64,000 nucleotides of DNA from Lepidodermella squamata. Taxonomy: Eukaryota > Animalia > Gastrotricha. Location: NCBI GenBank assembly GCA_047495785.1, contig JBLDXI010000042.1:1116001-1180000 (forward strand), given 5' to 3'. The translations under genes were made by a program, and so were the position numbers. Shown in pieces: positions 24,178 through 36,600 of the stretch (the stretch's first letter is position 1; every line of letters starts with the position of its first letter). The notes below the pieces were generated by a model. It was not told the origin of the DNA. It was given only the letters and a program-made list of their open reading frames with translations, and searched no databases.

Positions 24178-25474
24178 ATGTACCAGCAACTTTTACCATT
24201 TATGATTCTTACAGCCTATTCGGAAGCTGGGAATCTTGACGAGGAGATTCCGTTGTTCAACCCGGATGCGCTTGAGTTGAGAGACATCCTGATCTCAAGA
24301 TGCCGCCTCGATCAACGTATTCGACCTGTCGCTAACTTCAGCGAAACTGCGCTCATATATGTATCAGTGGAGCCATATTATTTTCGAGGGATAAATGAAG
24401 ACGAACAATCGTGAGAATTGTTCCGCCTTATTTCTACCATGAATTTACTTGTGTTACCAGGTTCTCGTTTTACGGCGAGCTTGCTATCAGCTGGAAGCAC
24501 CCATGCGCGACCTGGCAGCACATTTCGAACTATTCACACATAAGGGCCATCGATATGAAAGGTTTGGAGACTTGGACTCCTGTCTTCACTCATATAAATG
24601 CGTTCGAAGAGTCGAATATTGAAAGGTTTGCTAGCTAAACTTTGAATTTCGCCAAACTATCTACGCATTTCCCTTCAAGCTTAAGCAAGAGAGCTACAGT
24701 TGTATATTACAACGATGGCAATGTAACAATGTACCTGCAAGGCGCTTTCAAGTCACTCTGTAGCCTAAAGTATGTTAATAAGAGTTGTGATTCAACTTGC
24801 GGTGATTTAAAATTCCTTATCGCAGCTTTTTGAACTTTCCTTTCGACAAGCAATCTTGTGGCATGAGGATCGAATCTTTCTTCAACACACGGCTAACAAA
24901 GTACGTTTTCCAAAATGGTGGCATCAAAATAGTGAACTTTGCCGAGTTCATTAACCCGAGTGAGATGTGGCGATTGAAATCTTACAATGCGGTATACATT
25001 CCTGATGATAGCGATGATGGGGAAGTGCCCTATTCTGCACTACGATTCGCCTTCGACTTTGAACGTCGTTACGGATTCCATTTGCTAACGATATTTTTCC
25101 CGAATATCTGCCTACAACTGGTTCTGATCGCAGCTGGTTTCATGCCGCCTGAACACCCGGATCGGCCTACATTCTGCATAACTGTCGTACTGGCCTATGC
25201 AGTTTCGCAATCAAGCATCGGCGAATCCATACCAAAATCCGCTGAAATTCCGTACATTTTGCTATTCCTAGCCGGTCAAATGGCGATTGCTGTGCTTTGC
25301 GCTATTTATTGCCTTATTGCTAGCGATTTGGCGGGTAGGAAGCCGTTTCTACGCATTCAACCTAATTTAATGAATACGACCCTCATTCGCTGTATTGATT
25401 GCATCGTGTTTGCAGTCATTCTAATCATCACTGTTTTAACCGATGTTGTTGTGCTCATATTGATGATCCAATAA
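24178..25474 (+). CDS. Cys-loop ligand-gated ion channel subunit, copy E (exons 24178-24410, 24461-24625, 24680-24769, 24826-25474)
   Basis: Cys-loop CSLNFLNFPFDKQSC; same architecture as the other copies. Confidence 0.92.
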
Positions 25475-26274
25475 CGGCGGTATTCAATCTGTTTCCGGTA
25501 TAATCGCATCGACTTTATAATACAAATTTCCCAGCAAGATTGTGCAGGTTTACTGATTGACCAGGATTTACGTTATGTCCGAAAACTATGCCTTTAGCTA
25601 GTCCAGTTTAATTATGTAATACCATTGAAACGGGTTCGCGAGCAGAGGCAAAGAAAGGCTTACTGAATAAAAATGCCGAGTAGAGAGCCGGTGTGAACAT
25701 GATTGAGAATCTGTTATGCAGATTTTTCGAAATGATTCTGAAGAATTAAAAATTTGCCGAAAATCGACATATTCAGGTTATTTTTTAGTATTGGGGAAAT
25801 TAATTTCTGCGAGCCTTTCAGTTGCAATTTGTCGTATTCGATTAAGAGGGGAATCCAGCATTTTCCCCACTAAAATTCAAACACTTTGGGGGAGGAAATT
25901 AGCGCCGTCGATTTGTAATAAATCCATCGGTAAAAGCTGATGAGTGGCCTCTTGTAACTTGCAACTCTTTGAGTGTTCCACTTTGTGAGTTTCCCTTCGG
26001 TAACAGTTTTGTCTGAGCTCAGACAATGTTACTTTTGTTGCTGCTGTTGGGCGAACCAGTTCACGAGAAAGACATTTTAACCTTGATGAACATTTCAAAT
26101 TTTAATTAAATGTCGCGCACCATTTGTTCGACCGTGTTTGCTCAACTCGTGCTCAAATTAATTACGAAGCCATAAGGCTAGCCAGTAACAGCTTGACAGA
26201 GTTTCGCGGGCTAGAACTAACTTGAAATTTTATTGCGTTCTGCTTTCAGTCACCTTAATTTCTGGCTACTGATC

Positions 26275-29200
26275 ATGATTGTTTTACCAATTTTACTCAT
26301 TATTACGCAGTGTTTTCCTGGCTGCGTTTCAACAGCACTGGGCAGTCGTGATTATAATTCATTAAATGACAGCTACATAACGCAGGTAAATTTTTTTTCA
26401 GTTCTACTTTTCTTTCTGTAACTGATTCAATTATTAGCTCTATTTAAGAATCTACGTCTAATTTGTTTGTCCATTTTTTAGGACAGGTCATCGATTGGAC
26501 GCCACGTTAGAGAGGAGCCTTACAACGAAGACCTCGAAGATACAGATGGAAGCGAAAGCTCTGCGCCAACTGCCGATGTTGACGAAGACGCAATGATTCA
26601 TGACGATACTGAAACAGCCGCTATCTACGAAGAAATAGCCCAGCTGATGGAACAACGTCGAAAAGTGATGTCAGAGCAGGTAAGAAGCAACTTTGTTGTT
26701 TGGAGCGGCTCAGTTAGTCTAAATTCGAAATCACCATAGACAACTCTATACAGATCGAAAAGTATTCAGATCGTCCTATAGTAAATAAATTCAGACCAAA
26801 ACGTGGGCACGCGACCTTCATTTTCATTCACTCATCGTTCTAATTTTTGCAATTTTAAATTGTTTATTCTATAAATTCTTACTGAACAAGTTTTATTTCC
26901 TAAAAATTCCAAACAAATTTTGCGGAATGAGCCCCGTCTCATGAGACGGGTTTTTTCAAACTTCTTTTAATTGTCTCAAAGTTAGTCACTTTTACGTAGA
27001 ATCGCCATTTTAAGAGTTTTCATGGCGGTACAACTTTTTTATTTTACGTTTTACGCCGAAAAATTCCGAGAAAAATACCATGATCTTATTTGATTTTTGT
27101 TCTATCCAACGATATAAAACTTGAGCAAATCGGAATTTCTTTGCGAAATTGTCATGTTCGCGTGATGATACTCTGAGCGAGCTAAAAATAGCTAAATAAA
27201 AGGTTAACTTGCGTGGAAAAAGTAGCAAAGCCAAAGCTATTTAGAAGAAATGACTTTTTTTCTCTGGGAATTTTATAAAAAAATTTATAATGAAAAAATA
27301 CAATGGGCGGATAGGGCGATAATTGAATGAAGATGAAGGTCGCGTGCCCACTCTTTCACGTTTTGACGTGAATTTATTTTCTATAGGACGATCTTTATTT
27401 TCCGATCTGTATATATAGTTGTCTATGGAAATCACAAGAGGACTGAAGTTCAAAATCTCAGATTTCTTTTTAGAATTAGGTTGCAGCTTCCTTTCATCAA
27501 ATTTAGAAAGAAATAAACTTGGAATTTAAAATATGTTCAAGAATTAAAAAAATTTAATTTTTGGTTGGGGGTTTGGTTGGGGTTCAGGGTTAAAATTAGG
27601 GTTGGGGTTAGATCGATTTTGTTCCCCTTGCACTTCACCAATAAAATTTGAAACAGTTCGCCATTAGGGTTACGGTTATGGTTTGGTTAGGGCTCAGAGT
27701 TAAGTTTAGGATCGGTTCGAGTCCTAGTTCGATTTGTTTCAATTCAAATGGAATCATCGAGCTAAGGGGTAATAAACCTGGGAAAATGTCTTCAGTGGAT
27801 ATACCGACCCAATTTTTCGGAGCAAATGTTCTCTCTATGGTTTTTTCTGAGTTTTCGCGTGAACCCCTTCATCTGGGATATACGAAACCCCCATTTTCCC
27901 TCTACTTTGTGCATCGCTTAATTCTGCCTCTGTTTTTGCAAACAGGATGAATCGAATCACGAACAAGATTCGGAAAACGATGCCGAGGACGAAGCCGTCA
28001 GATGGCTGCCGCCGAATCCCGACGAAGAGGATGACGACCAGCGGGCCAGTGAATTTCCAGCGGCACCTGCATGCGAGGTCCGCCATTCGGCCGATCAAGC
28101 CCGAGTAATGCTACACGAGTTGAAGAAAGAATTGGGACTCGAGACTGACGACGAATCGATCCGTGGAATCAACGCTGGGATTTTGAAGTGGAATTTCCCG
28201 ATAAGCTTCTCCTTCGACAGAACTATCAGTAAGATGGCCAGGTTTCTAGAAATCTGCAAATAATTTCATGTATAACAGCTCGAGATGTTGCTGACGTCAT
28301 TCGCCGGGCAGCAAAACAGTGGGAGAAAATGACTTGTGTTCGATTTCGAGAGGTATCCAATCCAACGCATGGTAACGGAATCCATTTCATTAGTGGTGAC
28401 GGGTGAGAGTTACTCAATATTCACGAAAGCCAGAGCGTTAATTTTATTGTTTCCTGCAACAGGTGCTACTCGCTTCTTGGAATGGCAAGTGAAAGCAAAT
28501 TCCAGCCTGTTTCGATTGGCAGAGGCTGTGAAATGGTTTGCCTTTGTGCCATTGTTCTATTGATGCCCTATCTATTACAAATTCAACACAGGTTGCCATT
28601 GCAGCTCACGAAATCGGTCACGCTCTTGGAATGGTAAGCTATTTGAGTTTAAAGCTTCTTTTATCACTATATCCCCTTATTTGTAGGAACACGAACAGAA
28701 GCGTTCCGATGGCGAGTCTCACATTCGAGTTTTCTTCGACGCTGTCGAGAAGTGGGCATAACTGTTTTTTATAATTTCTTTATTATTATTAATTATTTTA
28801 TTTTATTCTTCTAGGAAAATGCATCACAATTTCTACCCGTTGAAGGCTGATACGGACAAAAATTACGGAACGCCCTATGATTTTGCGTCCGTCATGCAGT
28901 ACACCTCGGATTCGTTCTCGCAAGATCGCAAACGTCGCACTATGATTCCTCATGATCGGCGCTATTTGGCCTCGATGGGACAGCGCGACTTCATTGCGTT
29001 CAATGATGCGAAACGGGTCAATTTCCACTACAACTGCATGCGTGAGTTTCATTTCTTCGATCCATAGATCGGAACTCAATTACCTCTTTTTCTAGAGATG
29101 AGCTGTGGATCTACTGAGGTGAAGTGTCAAAACGGTGGCTACCAAGATCCGAACAACTGCAGGAAATGTTTGTGCCCTGATGGCTACGGTGGCGATGATT

Positions 29201-30940
29201 GCTCAGCTCTAGAGTCAACCTCCTGTGGCGGCCTTGCTGAAATCAAAGCTGGCGCGATTGCCTCCCTAACCTCGCCTGACCACCCGCGACCATACAAGGG
29301 CAATATGCGATGTGTTTGGCTGATCAGAGCGGTTTGTCGAATTATGTGCGAAATAGTAATATTGCTCTCTCTTTTGTAACCAGCCTGAAGGGAGCGGATT
29401 GCTGTTTGGGTTCGAAAAAAGGCCGGAAGTGAAGCATTCGAAATATTTTAATGGTAAAGATTGAATTTCGACATTCGAATCGCATATTAGATTTTTCTAA
29501 ATGATTCAGGCATTTGTGAAGACTATGTCGAAATCAAAACCGACGCAGACCCTACGAAAAGTGGGCCAAAGTGAGTCATTCTCCGATCTTAGAAGTAGAC
29601 TGAATTATTTTTTCTCAGATTTTGCCGAGTTGGAGTTTCAGCCGGCCGCGCCGCTTGGACTGACCGAAATTGGGCGATGGTGATCTTCCAAACGTTCGAG
29701 AAAGGTGACTCGAGCAACATAGGCTTCAATCTCCACATCTACGCAACTGCCGCCGGTGAGCGGGCGTCCGACCTAGCGAAAAGCGGTTGTAGAATCACGA
29801 ATACCGGCTATGATTACGAGGGGCCACTTTCAACGACAGACTCGGGCAAGCAGTGTGCCAATTGGGAGGAGTTGAACCGCCACGGCCTGCATCCAGATAA
29901 CTTCCCCCAGGGTACAATGAAGGGCAACGGGTGTCGAATGCCGTACAGCGACGTCAAAGCTCCGATGTGCATCCTCGCCTCTGATACTAGCAAATTCGAA
30001 TATTGCTCGAAAATTCCGGTCTGCGGCTCAACCTCTCGATCTGAAACCAACGATCGTATGGTGAAACACTTTTTCATCGCTAAGGAATCAGCGGCAAGTG
30101 ACGCCTTCGAAACTTGCCGTAAAGAAGGTGGCTACCCAGCTGTTTTGACGGACGAAAACGATGTGGATAAAGCTGTTTCAACTCTCGATGGATCACCTGC
30201 TTGGATTGGACTGCGTTACCAGCCAAAGAATCAAGCTTTCTGGGTCGATGGGTCAAACTTTGATGCTGAAATCGATTCTGAAGCAGCGAATTGGTGTCTG
30301 AGCTATCGAGTTGAAGATGGAAAGGCTGTTTTCAAAGCTGACGAATGCGCTGAAAAGAAGCCCGTTATCTGCCGGTTCTACCGATCACCTAAGGTTAACT
30401 TTCAAAGTTCAGGGAATTTTAATGAAATTTCAATTTTTTAGGTGACCTATTATGATTATGTTGCTGAGGAACTGGCATGGCAGGATGCAGCGGAATTTTG
30501 CCGGGAAAAGGGTGGTTTCCTTGCGATCGCTTCTTCTGCTACTGAACTCGCGAAAATCGAGAAGATTTTGCTGAATTTTGCCGATGAATCTGATAGTCGA
30601 GGCGCGTGGCTCGGCGCTCGAATTCCCGAAGCCGGGCGATGGCTTTGGTTTGGCGGGGTAGCTGTTTCGGAAGAAAAAGCTCCGCAAAAACAGGCTGATC
30701 GTGAATGTAACAGCTTGAACTTCTTCTCTTTAGCTTTGATTTCAATGTTTTTGTATCTTAGGTGGAGCTTTAGAACCACAAGGCGTTTTTGCGGCTGATT
30801 CTTGCGACGTGGCTAAACCAGTGCTTTGTGAGTTTCTGAAAGCTGAGTCGGCTGAACATGATTTTGTCAAGCCCGCGAACGGCGAGAGAATTTTAATACA
30901 ATCTGACGAAGCTAACAATGAAGAAGACGATGAATCCTGA
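26275..30940 (+). CDS. Astacin (M12A) metalloprotease copy 1: signal peptide, acidic prodomain, astacin, EGF-like, CUB, kringle, two C-type lectin domains
   Basis: Spliced HEIGHALGMEHEQKRSD zinc motif; SVMQY Met-turn; CQNGGYQDPNNCRKCLCPDGYGGDDC; LTSPDHPRPY...CVWLI; YEGPLSTTDSGKQCANW (kringle); two CTL patterns (AFETCRKEGGYPA...WIGL and WQDAAEFCREKGGFLA...WLG). Confidence 0.9.
26735..27427. mobile_element. Non-autonomous TIR element with CATAGAC termini and 8-bp TSD (P or hAT superfamily), in astacin 1 intron 2
   Basis: CATAGACAACTCTATACAGATCG ... CGATCTGTATATATAGTTGTCTATG, flanked on both sides by GAAATCAC. Confidence 0.9.
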
Positions 30941-31549
30941 GAATTATTGTCTGCAACTGATTGAAATAGTTTTGATTTTCAATCAGCCTTAAAATATCGA
31001 CTTTCAATGTTATCAATTTCTCAATGTTAATAGTTTGATTTCGTAATACGTTTCATGATATCAGACTTAACTTTTATCGAATGGAAGAATGCTCATCCGT
31101 TTCTCGCAAGCTACTTTGATAAAATAAAAATGTTTCTAGCGAAGTTCATGGAAAATCTGAAAATTCTAGGGGAATGAAATTCCGGAATGATGAAGTGCTG
31201 ACCGTTGACCCGAAAGCGCGGCGAAGCTATAAGAAAAGCTACCAGATCAGCAATCAGTATATTAGATCGCAAAATTATTCAGTCGATCACGAAGTACCTA
31301 ATCCAAAGGCTAGACAACGGAGATTATTGAAACCACCAATCCGGTCAGGGTCGCCATGAGCTCAAGCGGCTCTATAAGAAACATTATTCTGGAAGTTTCC
31401 TTTATTTTAAATCGCCCAGTGCCCACAAAACCAGTGTGGTATACCGTTAAAACTGCAGTTTTTATCATGCGGTTTTTACCGGTTTTTACCCGTTTGGTAG
31501 ATTCGAGTATTATTTCCACCGTTTTTCCACCACTTTTTCTCAGTTTCCA

Positions 31550-32580
31550 AACAGCATGATGTAACATGATGTATTTAATCAGCATGATGTTTACTGAACG
31601 TAAAACAGCTAAAGGCTGCGCACTGGCGCGTGAAATAGAAAATAGAGCTTAGTCCATAACAATCCATAACAAATGATGAGACTTCCAGGACAAGTGGAAG
31701 ATAGTTTTTTGTCGGCTTTTTCTGTTAATCAGCCTCTATGTCGTTCTAACATGCTGTTTTTCTGAAATAGAGGTTGCCGAGTTTCTATATATCAGAATCA
31801 TATTAGAGAAAAAAATGACCAGAGAGTAATCACACACGCTAAAATTTCGGAATTTGCATTTTTTTCAAAGTTGAATTTCTCAAAACGGATATCTCTGTTT
31901 TCACCAAATTTTGCATTATTATAGAACGCGAGCTGCTCTTTCACATGGTACCGTCAGATGGGGTGACTTTAGCTGGTGGGGCGACTTTGGCGTGCCAAAA
32001 TGGGGCAACTTTAGCATACCAAAAATCGACGATGTTTAGGTAAATACCCCATGAGTGGGATACCGTTGGATAGCCTTGCGGAAATGAAGTCTGAAAATGG
32101 CATACGATTTCCATTTTGACCAGACGGCTTCAAGTGAGCAATCACCAAAGTTTCAATAAAAATATGAATTTTTGAAATTTTTTTAAAACTTCACCTGCTA
32201 TTATATTGGTGGCTTCTAGGTGGCTTCTATTGATTTTCGTTGTACACAGCCAGGTTGACCTTTCTTTGGGCTATCCAACGGTACCTCAGGGGTATTTACC
32301 TTACCATCGTCCATTTTTGTACCATCGTTCGAAATTTATAAGGGATGTTTTCTTGTTGCTTCAAATGAAAAATAAAAAATAAACCTATAAATTGTTTCAT
32401 CGTATTCATCGTATTCATCGTGTTTCATCATATCAATGCATAGCTGGGAGGTCTGTAACCTGCGACATATGTCAATCGTAAGCTCTATTTTCTATTTCAC
32501 GCGCCAGTGCGCAGCCTTTAGCTGTTTTACGTTCAGTAAACATCACGCTGATTAAATACATCATGTTACATCATGCTGTT
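31550..32580. repeat. Segment bounded by ~100-bp inverted repeats (31550-31651 / 32479-32580)
   Basis: Arms are near-perfect reverse complements; a TACCGTCAGATGGGGTGACTTT Tc1/pogo-like terminus lies inside at ~31949. Confidence 0.75.
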
Positions 32581-33678
32581 ACATCATGCATGTTACATCA
32601 TGCTGCATAGCAAATGATGAGACTTCCAGGACAAGTGGAAGATAGTGCTGATGAAAACACGCTGCTAGGTTCCGTTGGGTCGCTGAGAACAAAATTAGAG
32701 AAAACCGTGCACCTAATTTTCTTCTTTTAGATCTTTTAGGAGAAAATTCCTGGTTTTTAAAGAAGGATTTCCTAATCGGTTCACGGTTTGTTCCAGCAGG
32801 ATTTCCTTTAAAAAACGAAAAAATATCTTCCGAATAGGAGTATCTGAGTAGGAAATAACTGAAAATGTCAGTTTTCAAACTAAAAATCTCGTTTTTAATA
32901 ACGATTTGACCATGCTGATAGATTAAAAGAGATTATTCTGGCAGGGAAAACTCATAAAACATAAAAAAAAACAAGGCAATTCAGATGGGTGAGTAGCTGA
33001 TGAGCAAGTGACCTCAGGCCTCATTGAGGGAATAATATATGGAAATAGGAATAAATTATAGAATGAAACTAAATTGCTGATCCGCTTCTGATGAGCTGGT
33101 GGAAATTATGATGGATTTGTGATTGAAAAAAGCAGTGTACGACTCGCAGCACGACTCAAGTGGCAGCTAATCCACAAACTCTGTTGCATAATCAAACTCA
33201 TGAACAGCTTTACGTGCACTGATGATCTGTCAACTCGTTTAACTGAAATAACAGGACCTCTCAAAACCACGACAACGCGCCGCTAGGTTTCTAGGAACGC
33301 TAATTTAAAACATTTTCACACTTAATTTTTGTAACTGTTCAGATAATTATTCTTCGTTTAATGTTTAATTTAAAATTAACAACTGATTTGTTTTGCGGGG
33401 TCCAAAATTACGGTCAACAAACGAGGAAGTTCTTTTAGCGAGGGTGCCACTAACGAGGGAGCACTGTATCGCGCACCATTTGTTAAAATGGATTAGCAAA
33501 TTTACTTAAGGCGTGCTCAGAGACATAATTTAAGATGTCCTTATGTCTATGGGCGTGCTCAAAGCTCAAACTTGTTACGAAGCCATATGTAACAGCTGGA
33601 CGCTGGACGCGGGCCTCGAACTAATTTAAAATTCCAGTGAGTTCTGTCTTAAGTCATTCTAGTTTTTGTTTAGAGATA

Positions 33679-36600
33679 ATGATTGTTTTGCCTATTATCC
33701 TCATTCTTACGCTGTGTCTTTCTAGCTGCCATTCATCGGCTTTGGGTAGTAGAAATGCCTATAATGACAGCTACCTAACCAAGGTAATTTTATCGCGAGT
33801 TCTATTCATTTTGTTTGCCCCTCCGATAATTCGTCTCGTAAATATTTTCAAATTCTAAAAAATCCTAAAAATCCATATTTCAGGTACGACGCCATGCTAG
33901 CGAGGAGCCTTACAACGAAGATCTCGATTATACAGATGGCGGCGAAACCTCCACGCCAGCTGTTGATGTCGACGAGGACACAGCGGTTAATGACGACACT
34001 GAAACAGCTGCTATCTACGAGGAAATAGCCCAGCTAATGGAACAAAGGCGAAAAGCGATGACAGAGGTAGGTGGAAAATTTCAAAATCTGCGGCTACTGT
34101 TTAAAATGAGGTTGCACAGTCTATTTTTTTAGAAATTTTGGTTTGAAAAATTAAAAAAATTTTGTTTAGAATTTTCCGGAATTTTCAACGGTCATGAATT
34201 TTGAATTGTTTTCTGAATTTCAAACTGGGAGTTACGAGACGCTCCTTCGGTGAAACTCTTAAGGCGGTACCAAACTTCATTTAAATTTAATACCTAACCT
34301 TTTTATTCGGTTTATAACGGGTTAGGGTTAGGCTTAGGGTTATGGCTCAGGGGACTTGAAATTGGGGATTTAAACATTTTTGGTAATGAATTCACTACCG
34401 TCATTTGGGGCGAGTTGGGCAGTGAACAAATTAACCCCTGATTTTATTGCATATTTACACGTTTTCAAGGGTCCGGATTCCGAAAATTCATTTATCTCAA
34501 TTCGCCCAGGTATGGGGCAAACTGGGCAGGTGTTTTGGGGCGAATTTGCCCAATTCACCCCAAACGACGGTATATCGCAATTTAAATCACCGAGGCTCAA
34601 AATCTCTCGCTACTTTTTATAATTGGGTTGCACCTTCCGTTTTTTTAGAAATTTAGGATTTGGAAAATTTATTTTTGAAATTCAATTGTTCGCAAAATTT
34701 CAGGAATTTCTAACAAAAATTAATTTTGAATTTCTATTTTGAATTTCGGAAATTCCGAAATTTGCAATTTACAAGACGCCCCATTGCTATCGTACTTCGT
34801 ACACTGCTCGAGTTTAATTTGTGTCGTTTTTTCATTAACAGGATGAATCGCGCCAAGACCAAGAATCGGAAAATGAAGACGAGGACGAAGCTGTCAGATT
34901 GATGCCGCCGAATCCTGACGAAGAGGACGATGAGCACCGGACTATCGATTTTCGACCGGTGCCTGCATGTGGAGTCCGCCATTCGGCCGATCAAGCCCGA
35001 GTAATACTAAACGAGTTGAAGAATGAATTAGGACTCGAGACCGACGACGACTCTGTCCGTGGAATCAACGTTGAGACTAGGAAGTGGAACTTTCCGATAT
35101 ACTACTCTTTCGACAAAGCCATCAGTAAGAAGTTTCCTTGTATCTTGAAATTGCAGCTAATTTTGTTCCCATTAGCTCGAGATGTTGCTGATGTCATTCG
35201 GAAGGCAGTAAAACAGTGGGAGAAAATGACTTGTGTTCGATTTAGACTGGTTTTCCGCCCGTTGCGTAGGAACGGAATCCATTTCATTAGTGATGACGGG
35301 TAAGAATAACTCAATATTAACAAAACGATATTATATTTTTCTGTAACAGGTGCTACTCGATTCTAGGAATGTCCCAGGAAAGAAAATTCCAGAATGTTTC
35401 GATTGGCACAGGATGTGATATGGTTAGTACTTGTGCCAATACTCTGTTGATGCACTACCTATATTGCAAATTTAACACAGGTTGCCATAGTAGCTCACGA
35501 AATAGGCCACGCCCTTGGATTGGTAAGTGAACTAAGTTTCAAGCATCTTCTATTAGCATTTAATTTGTTTAGGAACACGAACAGAATCGTTTCGATGGCG
35601 AGACCCACATTCGTGTCTTCTTCGACGCCATCGAGAAGTTTGTAAAATTTCTAAGCTATTAAACGGCGGAGGTACTCAACGGCTGAGATTTGAATTTCTC
35701 AGCGTTGATTGGACGCTCTTGGCTTACGCTTAATATCATACTTCCGTTAGGCCCGTAATCTTGAATTTGATATCAGTAGATAAAGAAAACGTTTTTATGG
35801 GAGCGAAAACTCGGACTTTTTGACTTCGTCAAAACGGCGGCGTCAAAACAGCCAGAAAACAAATCGAACGTTTTCTAATTCTGAACGTGTCAATTTTCTT
35901 ATTAAAATAATTTAACATTTAAAGCTTGAGAAATATTTTCAAATTTAATTATCTAAAATTTAAAATTTTCCATGGTAACGCATTTGTGGGGAATTCAGAA
36001 TTTCAGTTCGCCCGCGTCGCCTGACCTTAGGGTTCCAAAATCTTGACGAAGGACGTCCCAGGGTATGTGAAATTCAAAATTCATGCTTGAATGGAAAATA
36101 TGTTTCGTTTCGGTCATCTTTTCATGCTGCTATATAATGAATTCAGCCATGCTTTTCATGAATTTGGCATGCGCTGATCTCTGGTAAGTGTCCTTCGTTG
36201 AGATTTCGGTCCTAGGTCAATTGACGCGTCGATCACCTATCCGAATATTGAATTTCCCCCCTTTGCTTTACAATGGCGGCCGCTATAGCGGCTATATGCT
36301 ACGATACTAGTTTTCTATTATTTTCCATTTGTTGCTTACATAGGAAAAAGCATCACAATTTCTACCCGTTGAAGGCTAATGAGGATAGAAATTACGGAAC
36401 GCCCTATGATTTTTCGTCCGTCATGCATTACACCTCGAATTCATTCTCACAAGATCGGAAACAGCGCACTATCGTGCCGCATGATCGCCGCTACTTAGCT
36501 TCGATGGGTCAGCGCGATTTCATTGCGTTCAATGACGCGAAACGGGTCAATTACCACTACAACTGCATGCGTGAGTTTCATTTCTTACATCAATAGATCA

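Noticed and set aside
27560-27712. TTAGGG-like runs (also ~34315-34350) as interstitial telomere
   Set aside because: Short, highly degenerate and not a regular array; more likely low-complexity parts of intronic repeats.
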